From contig JAOZIE010000008.1 in assembly GCA_026014485.1 (NCBI GenBank), positions 160,716 to 224,715 of the forward strand: DNA of 64,000 bases, written 5' to 3'. The DNA comes from Candidatus Bathyarchaeota archaeon (GTDB lineage: Archaea > Thermoproteota > Bathyarchaeia > Bathyarchaeales > Bathycorpusculaceae). Positions 57,284 through 64,000 of the stretch are shown one piece after another. Each line of letters begins with the position of its first letter. The first letter of the stretch is position 1. The translations under genes and the position numbers were made by a program. A model generated the notes under the pieces. That model worked only from the letters and a program-made list of their open reading frames with translations, did no database searches and was not told the DNA's origin.

Positions 57284-59590
57284 ATGGACTTTGCTGTTTC
57301 GGAAGACTTTTTGGCACGGCCAAGAGATGATCCGAAGGGTCAAAATTCAGGTTTGTTTGAGCACTCTTTAAAGACGGCTTATAAAGCAAAGGAAATAGCG
57401 GCGAGTCTATCCGATGAAGAATTGGCGAACACTGCGTTCTATGCAGGCTTACTTCATGATGTGGGGAAACTTAATCCCTATTATCAGATTCTCTTCTCCA
57501 GCGGATGGGTTGATGGAGATTATCTTAGGGCGCATGCAATTTTTTCTGCCTTAGCAGTGCATTGGCTTGCAAACACAGCGGCTTTTTCAAAACGCACCCA
57601 AAAGCAGATACTTTTTGCAGTGGCTGGGCACCACACAAAACTTACCCAGTTCGCTAAAAGTTTAGCCTTCATTGAAAATGATAAGACGCTGTTTGAAAGA
57701 AGCTTTAAAGACACTTACAATAACCTTTACCGTTTTAGCCAAACAGTAAGAGAACTTAAAGAGTTCAAAGATTTAGACTGGGATTATTGCCTATCCAAAT
57801 TTAAGAACCCAATCCCGAGAATACCTCAAGAGCCAGATTATACTGTTGATGAGGGTAATAGTTTTGTTGAGGATTTTTTGGATTTCTCATCGGTTTTCTC
57901 AGCGCTTATTCAGGCAGATCGAGGAAGCTTTTTTGAGAAGTTTCCGCAACCTGCCTTCGGCATCAGCTTAAACACGGGTGTGCTTGTACGGACAGGCAGT
58001 GATGCTTCTCTCCCAAAGATTCGAACGAATTTTCAGGAGAGGCTCCTTTTGAATAACAAGTTTGAGGATAATCTGTTAATCCTCAAAGCGCCTACCGGTA
58101 TAGGCAAAACCAAAATTTTTCTTGACATCGTTAACAAGTTTTTAGCTTCACCCTCCCGGCGTTTTGAGAGGGTTTTTTATTTTTCTCCCCTTCTGGCGCT
58201 CACAGATGATTTTGAGGGCAAACTCTATACAGATAATGCCGTATCAGTGCTTAATCAAGCCGATGCAGAAAAAGTGCTAGTTTATAATCATGCATTTAAA
58301 GGAAGTCTGCCTAAAAAGAGGTCGTCAAACGACTCTTGCATAAGCCTCGATGAAGAAGCAGAGAACACTGAATTTTTTAAAACCCCCGAGTATTTTGAGC
58401 GGGAATCCTTCAACAAGGAATTAATCATCACCACAACCCAGAGACTGCTGATGGTGCTCTACTCAAATGAAGTTTCTGAGAAGAAGAAGCTTCTTTCTTT
58501 TAAGAACTCTTTTCTGATAATCGACGAAGTACAGACTATACCTAAAGTTTTGCTTCCAAACTTGATAGCTCTGCTTAAAGTTCTTACTAAAAAGTACCAT
58601 TCAAAGATACTTCTGGTTAGCGCCACTATACCTGATGAGCTACTGGGTCTACCCATGGTGGCAACCCCTGATGATGTGGAAGAACAGTATCTGCAGATGA
58701 CTGCTAAAAGGATAGAGTATATGGAAGTTTTGGATGCTAACAGGGAAGTTCCGCTTCTGAGAGTCGACGAGCGTGTGTTATTCATGTTTAACACTAGGCG
58801 TAAAGCCTTGTGCTTTTTTGAGAAGGTATCTGAGCTTAAGCCTGATGCTGTTTACTTATCCACAGGAATCAGAAAGCGTGACCGAGAAAAGATTATAGAG
58901 AATCTTCACGGGTCGACACCTGCAACAGTGGTTTCGACACAGGTTTTGGAGGCTGGTGTGGATGTGAGTTTTAGCCGCATGTACCGCGAAATGGCGCCGC
59001 TAGATAATATTGTGCAGGCTATGGGACGGCTTAACCGGGAATGTGAGCGTAGCGATCCATTGCTAACAGTTTTTCGACTGTTGGATAACAACCATATGCC
59101 CTACAGCGAACTTGAGGTAGAAGAGTCTAAAAAGCGGATTCCCCAGTTACACTCCTCAAAAGACCTCTACGATGCCTTGTCCGACTACTACAAGACGGTC
59201 TCATCTGAAAACCTAACAAACAAAAACTTAGCGAAAAACTTGGATGACTACATGAAGAGGCTAAACTTTGACGATGTATGGAAGTTCGTCAAAGACCACG
59301 CGTTGCCTTTAGAGCTGGGCGATTCACTTCTGGTTCCTGACCCACAAGACTTTGAGAAAATTAAGAAGGATTTTTTGTCTTCGGACTCAAACAAGGGCTT
59401 GGGAAAAATCTATACACATTATGCAAAACTCATGGCTCAACTTCCCGGATCAATTGAGAAAATCAATGGTTTGGAGGACCTGCTTGATGAGGAACTGCTT
59501 GAGGTAGGGGTTCTTTTTCCTAAAGAGAAAGCTCTGGGCGAGGTATATGATTCCAAGGTGGGGCTGGATAAGTGGGTGAAAAAGACGTGA
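57284..59590 (+). CDS. cas3: Cas3 HD nuclease-helicase
   Basis: EHS, LLHDVGK, APTGIGKT, IIDEVQ, SAT, STQVLEAGVD, QAMGRLNR. Confidence 0.95.
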   Translation: MDFAVSEDFLARPRDDPKGQNSGLFEHSLKTAYKAKEIAASLSDEELANTAFYAGLLHDVGKLNPYYQILFSSGWVDGDYLRAHAIFSALAVHWLANTAAFSKRTQKQILFAVAGHHTKLTQFAKSLAFIENDKTLFERSFKDTYNNLYRFSQTVRELKEFKDLDWDYCLSKFKNPIPRIPQEPDYTVDEGNSFVEDFLDFSSVFSALIQADRGSFFEKFPQPAFGISLNTGVLVRTGSDASLPKIRTNFQERLLLNNKFEDNLLILKAPTGIGKTKIFLDIVNKFLASPSRRFERVFYFSPLLALTDDFEGKLYTDNAVSVLNQADAEKVLVYNHAFKGSLPKKRSSNDSCISLDEEAENTEFFKTPEYFERESFNKELIITTTQRLLMVLYSNEVSEKKKLLSFKNSFLIIDEVQTIPKVLLPNLIALLKVLTKKYHSKILLVSATIPDELLGLPMVATPDDVEEQYLQMTAKRIEYMEVLDANREVPLLRVDERVLFMFNTRRKALCFFEKVSELKPDAVYLSTGIRKRDREKIIENLHGSTPATVVSTQVLEAGVDVSFSRMYREMAPLDNIVQAMGRLNRECERSDPLLTVFRLLDNNHMPYSELEVEESKKRIPQLHSSKDLYDALSDYYKTVSSENLTNKNLAKNLDDYMKRLNFDDVWKFVKDHALPLELGDSLLVPDPQDFEKIKKDFLSSDSNKGLGKIYTHYAKLMAQLPGSIEKINGLEDLLDEELLEVGVLFPKEKALGEVYDSKVGLDKWVKKT

Positions 59591-60267
59591 GTAAAGAGGC
59601 AGATCCGCAAAAAGAGGTAGCGGTTAAAATTTGCAGGGTTACACTTAATGTTTCAGACCCAGACCGTGATTATATTTCCTCGGTTAAGCTTCGGGGTTTC
59701 CTTGGCAGCCTCTTTGTTGACGACGCCGAGTTCCATCATCACTCAGAGCGGTCTTATCATTACCCGCTTATTCAGTATAAACGGGTAACAGGCGAACTGA
59801 TGATTCTTGGGCTTCAAGACTACGCCAAAGTCCTCATGAACAAGATGTCAATTGTAGACAGCATTTCAACAAAGCATGGCAGCTTTAAGGTTGATAGTCA
59901 AGAGATGAATTTATCGACTTGGCAAATACGTAACATTTCTTGTTGCTACGATTTTGCGACGCCTTGGCTTCCGCTTAACGAGGCTAATTACTCTGCCTTT
60001 AAGAATTGCACTCCCGAGAAGCAGAAGGCTTTTTTGGAAAAGATGCTAGTGGGCAACACATTAAGCTGCCTTAAGGGGTTGGGTATCTTTGTAGATTACC
60101 GCGTTGAATCATTTCTCGTGTCGTTTCGTTCTTTCTATGTGAGAGCACATGGGAACCCGTTTGAGGCATTTACTGCCCGTTTCTTTCTGAACGTTGATCT
60201 TCCTGATTTTATAGGCTTGGGAAAGAGTGTTTCCAAGGGATTTGGCACTATAAGGCGAGCGGTATGA
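59587..60267 (+). CDS. cas6: Cas6 (Cas6b-like) crRNA endoribonuclease
   Basis: KLRGF, YPLIQYK, TPWLPLN, GLGKSVSKGFG Gly-rich loop; GTGA overlap with the cas3 stop. Confidence 0.9.
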   Translation: MSKEADPQKEVAVKICRVTLNVSDPDRDYISSVKLRGFLGSLFVDDAEFHHHSERSYHYPLIQYKRVTGELMILGLQDYAKVLMNKMSIVDSISTKHGSFKVDSQEMNLSTWQIRNISCCYDFATPWLPLNEANYSAFKNCTPEKQKAFLEKMLVGNTLSCLKGLGIFVDYRVESFLVSFRSFYVRAHGNPFEAFTARFFLNVDLPDFIGLGKSVSKGFGTIRRAV

Positions 60268-61226
60268 TAGTTGAAATAAGTGAACATGGAAGTGTACTGA
60301 AAAGAGATCACGAGTGCTTTATCGTCCAGACGCCAACTGAAAAAACAGAGGTTCCCGCCGAAAAGATAGATGCCATAATAGTAACGGCTAATGCTCTGAT
60401 TAGCACGCAGGCAGTTTCTCTCTGCTTGGAAAAGAACATTCAGCTAGTGCTGGCTAACTGGTCAGGTAAACCCTTTGGAAGGTTCTGGGTAAGCACTCCA
60501 GGTAGGGCAACTGAAAATAGACGCAGACAATACCTGAATCAAGATACTGCTGTGGCTTTTGAAGTTTCTAAAGATATAGTCGCACGCAAGCTTAAAGCAC
60601 AAAGAAAGCTTCTTGTAGACCTGAAAGGCAATCGCAAGACGCCCAACGAAGCAATAAACAATGCCATCAATGCTATCACCAAATCGCTACATAATCTAAA
60701 CAATCTTGAATACACATCTTCTTTTAAGCAAACACTCTTAGGAATTGAAGGGTTTGCGGCTGCAGAGTATTTTTTGGCAATCTCCGCAGTGCTGCCTAAA
60801 AAGTATGTTTTCAAAGAAAGAAGCAGACAACCTGCCCAAGATAAATTTAATGCAGTTCTAAATTATGTCTATGGCTTAACATATTCGACGGTGGAAAAAG
60901 TAGTTATTTTAAGCGGTTTGGACCCGAATGCGGGTATATACCATGCTGATTCTTATGGTAAACCAACTTTGGTTTTTGACCTAATAGAACTGTTTAGGGC
61001 TAAGGTTGACCGCATCGTTGTAAAGTTGTTTACAAAAAAGTATGTCAAAGATTCTTGGTTTGCTTCATCAGAAGAAGCGCCTTTAGGCGTTTTCTTGTCC
61101 AAAGAGGGGCGAAAAGCCGTAATCACCGTTTACATGAATGATGCTTGTGAGAATATCGAGAAGGAAAGCTGGTCTTACTGTAGGAAAATGATGCCCACCT
61201 TAGCCAAGGAGGGTCAAGTAACTTGA
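60264..61226 (+). CDS. cas1: Cas1
   Basis: LLGIEG.AA..YF, R..QPA.D.FNA.LNY.YG, GLDP..G.YH, LVFDLIELFR. Confidence 0.95.
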   Translation: MIVEISEHGSVLKRDHECFIVQTPTEKTEVPAEKIDAIIVTANALISTQAVSLCLEKNIQLVLANWSGKPFGRFWVSTPGRATENRRRQYLNQDTAVAFEVSKDIVARKLKAQRKLLVDLKGNRKTPNEAINNAINAITKSLHNLNNLEYTSSFKQTLLGIEGFAAAEYFLAISAVLPKKYVFKERSRQPAQDKFNAVLNYVYGLTYSTVEKVVILSGLDPNAGIYHADSYGKPTLVFDLIELFRAKVDRIVVKLFTKKYVKDSWFASSEEAPLGVFLSKEGRKAVITVYMNDACENIEKESWSYCRKMMPTLAKEGQVT

Positions 61227-61519
61227 AGAAGAACATGTACTATGCAGTCTATGATATTTCCGATGACAAAACTAGAACTCATACCATTCAAGCGCTCAAA
61301 GACATAGGCTTTATTCGCATACAGAAAAGTGTTTTCTGTGGCTCATTATCCTCTCAGCAGAAAAAGGATTTGATAGAAGCTCTTAAACGGATAACTGGGG
61401 AAAATGAATCGGTGTATCTGATTTTAGCTTGCCAGAAATGCTTTGGCAAGGTCATAATCATAGGGCATGGGTTCGATAAAGAATATGTAGCTAATGATTT
61501 GGAGAGCATGGTTCTTTGA
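61223..61519 (+). CDS. cas2: Cas2
   Basis: VYDISDD, RIQKSVF.G. Confidence 0.95.
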   Translation: MKKNMYYAVYDISDDKTRTHTIQALKDIGFIRIQKSVFCGSLSSQQKKDLIEALKRITGENESVYLILACQKCFGKVIIIGHGFDKEYVANDLESMVL

Positions 61520-62085
61520 GTAACTGCCTATCTGTAACAAACGCAGTGGAGCATGCATTTTGCCCAAGATTTACTTACTTTCAGTTGGTCCTTGGTATCG
61601 AGCAAAGAGAAGGCAAACGTGGTACTGTCCAATCTGGTCGCGCTTTTCACAGCAGGCACTCAACCACTAACAAGACCTACAAAATAAAACGATTAGACGG
61701 CATCAAACAAACAGAGCTTCTCCTTTACTCAAAAAAGTACTCGTTTTCTGGAAAAATAGATGAGGCGATAGAAGGAGAAGACCAGATGCTGATTATAGAG
61801 CGCAAATATTCCGATTATATAATTGTAGGTTTAACCCTAAAAACCCAACTGGGGTTGCTGGCTATTTTGGCAGAAGAAAACATCGGGAAAAAAGTCAATC
61901 AGGCTATCGTAGTTTTTGATAAAAAGGGACGAGTTGAGGTACAAGTCAATATTACCGAAAAAATTAAGCAAAATGCGCTTCTAATGCTCCAGAAAACAAG
62001 TCACATAATAGAGACCGGTAGGATGCCCTACTCAAAGCATGATAATCGATGCCTAAACTGCTGTTATAGAAAAATTTGCCCATAG
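61516..62085 (+). CDS. cas4: Cas4
   Basis: FCPR, G...H, GKID, IERK, QL, C..C.Y..IC. Confidence 0.92.
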   Translation: MSNCLSVTNAVEHAFCPRFTYFQLVLGIEQREGKRGTVQSGRAFHSRHSTTNKTYKIKRLDGIKQTELLLYSKKYSFSGKIDEAIEGEDQMLIIERKYSDYIIVGLTLKTQLGLLAILAEENIGKKVNQAIVVFDKKGRVEVQVNITEKIKQNALLMLQKTSHIIETGRMPYSKHDNRCLNCCYRKICP

Positions 62086-62221
62086 AGGCGCTACGTTGAT
62101 GGGCAACACGGAATGGGTGTACTCTTATAAACGATTTAATAAGCAGCCGACAATAAGATTGCTGCAAGAAATCGCCAAAAATCAACGCTCTAGAAGTCAA
62201 ACAGACCCCGAAAAAGTGGCT
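62086..62221 (+). promoter_or_regulatory. CRISPR leader
   Basis: Non-coding gap between cas4 and the first repeat, with a CTTATAAA TATA-like box. Confidence 0.7.
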
Positions 62222-64000
62222 GTCCAAAAAGGTAATCCAACACAACAAGGATTGAAACTTTCTTCCTCTCTTGGATCAGGTTTATTATCAATGTCCAAAA
62301 AGGTAATCCAACACAACAAGGATTGAAACTTATTACTTGGTTCGGAAAGTTTATTGACGCTATAAGTCCAAAAAGGTAATCCAACACAACAAGGATTGAA
62401 ACACTTGACTGCTTTGGCGTATTCTCCGAGTACTGAAGGTCCAAAAAGGTAATCCAACACAACAAGGATTGAAACATTTTTGTAGATTCCCCTTGGAACT
62501 TGGGCAATTTGAGTCCAAAAAGGTAATCCAACACAACAAGGATTGAAACATGTCTGGCTACTCCAAGACATCCACTTCTTTCGGGTCCAAAAAGGTAATC
62601 CAACACAACAAGGATTGAAACTCCATTGACGCTTAAGGGTTCGTGTATCTATGTAGAATGTCCAAAAAGGTAATCCAACACAACAAGGATTGAAACTGGC
62701 GGTCACGACCCAGATGGCAACGTGCAGAGTAGGTCCAAAAAGGTAATCCAACACAACAAGGATTGAAACGGCTCGAATTCTGGCAATTCCACAAGTGCCT
62801 TAAAGCGTCCAAAAAGGTAATCCAACACAACAAGGATTGAAACTCGGCGAACACAAGAGAAAATACCGAGTTTCAGCAGTCCAAAAAGGTAATCCAACAC
62901 AACAAGGATTGAAACCCCGGTGAACTAAGCAATTTACCAATTGTCTGACGCAGTCCAAAAAGGTAATCCAACACAACAAGGATTGAAACAATCTGTGGCT
63001 GCTTCCTATCATCTGTACTTTGTGTGTCCAAAAAGGTAATCCAACACAACAAGGATTGAAACACTTGACTGCTTTGGCGTATTCTCCGAGTACTGAAGGT
63101 CCAAAAAGGTAATCCAACACAACAAGGATTGAAACTCCTGCTCAGAAGGAGTGGTAACAGCCTCCCAAAGTCGTCCAAAAAGGTAATCCAACACAACAAG
63201 GATTGAAACTTATTCATTTGTTGATTCTTCTCCTTTGATTCGGTTGTCCAAAAAGGTAATCCAACACAACAAGGATTGAAACTATGCCTCCAACGTCAGG
63301 TAGAGTTCCGTTAGCGCAGGTCCAAAAAGGTAATCCAACACAACAAGGATTGAAACAAGCCGTCCTCCGAATCGAGCAGTTGGTCTTTCGGCGTCCAAAA
63401 AGGTAATCCAACACAACAAGGATTGAAACAGGCTTCGCGGTCAACCTTAAACCCGTATTCCTCGCATGTCCAAAAAGGTAATCCAACACAACAAGGATTG
63501 AAACACCTTAAATCAGCGAAGCCGACGCATCTCTCATTTGACGTCCAAAAAGGTAATCCAACACAACAAGGATTGAAACCTTTACTCTAGGCAAATTAGA
63601 AGAGGGGCAAAAAGTGTCCAAAAAGGTAATCCAACACAACAAGGATTGAAACTCCGTCACATTCCACTGATACGACACCACATCACCTGTCCAAAAAGGT
63701 AATCCAACACAACAAGGATTGAAACAAGTACCCAGCTAACTTGAAGAAACTCTTAACTTCGTCCAAAAAGGTAATCCAACACAACAAGGATTGAAACATG
63801 ATGGCCTCTACAAATTCTAAACTCTCGGATGCTCGTCCAAAAAGGTAATCCAACACAACAAGGATTGAAACTTGTTAGGGTTCCAACAATAATCGTCAAA
63901 TAAACGAGTCCAAAAAGGTAATCCAACACAACAAGGATTGAAACTTCTGCTAAGTCTGCAAAAATGGGCGTAATGGAAACCGTCCAAAAAGGTAATCCAA
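62222..64000 (+). CRISPR. CRISPR array, 37-bp repeat GTCCAAAAAGGTAATCCAACACAACAAGGATTGAAAC; 24 full repeats plus 1 partial, 24 spacers of 34-38 bp; continues beyond the window
   Basis: Invariant repeats with regular spacing; ATTGAAAC 3' handle and leader position indicate + orientation; AATCC/GGATT stem. Confidence 0.99.

Noticed and set aside
62096..63489. Several ORF-track entries over the leader and CRISPR array
   Set aside because: They are translations of repeats and spacers (recurring FNPCCVGLPFW, SILVVLDYLFG), not genes
62259..63981. Self-targeting spacers within the window
   Set aside because: No match noticed by eye; not exhaustive, needs BLASTN

Overview
Archaeal chromosome segment, most likely Bathyarchaeia/TACK. 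This is inferred from L13e/L15e, RNase P proteins, Cgi121, the archaeal aroA'/aroB'/aroK pathway, a PEF-CTERM protein and a Zn-ferredoxin. Positions 1-48.4 kb are mostly core genes: a homocysteine-synthesis trio, an 11-gene aspartate kinase-shikimate-tyrosine operon, ilvD/cimA, several surface proteins, a redox/oxidative-stress cluster and the rpl15e-rpl13e-RNase P protein operon. Positions 48.6-64 kb are a visibly more AT-rich defence island: a wHTH/Rep-like ORF, an AbiEi/AbiEii toxin-antitoxin pair, a frameshifted GIY-YIG nuclease, two tandem Holliday-junction-resolvase-like genes, a complete type I-B-like cas operon and a CRISPR array that runs off the window. The most striking unannotated signal is a 26-codon Phe/Tyr-rich leader ORF (7436-7516). 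It is followed by mutually exclusive RNA pairings over the ribosome-binding site of the aromatic amino-acid operon, making it a candidate leader-peptide attenuator in an archaeon. Other hidden features are an in-frame Cas11 start inside cas8, three microproteins missed by the ORF track, and several candidate structured RNAs. All calls come from reading the sequence; no database searches were run.
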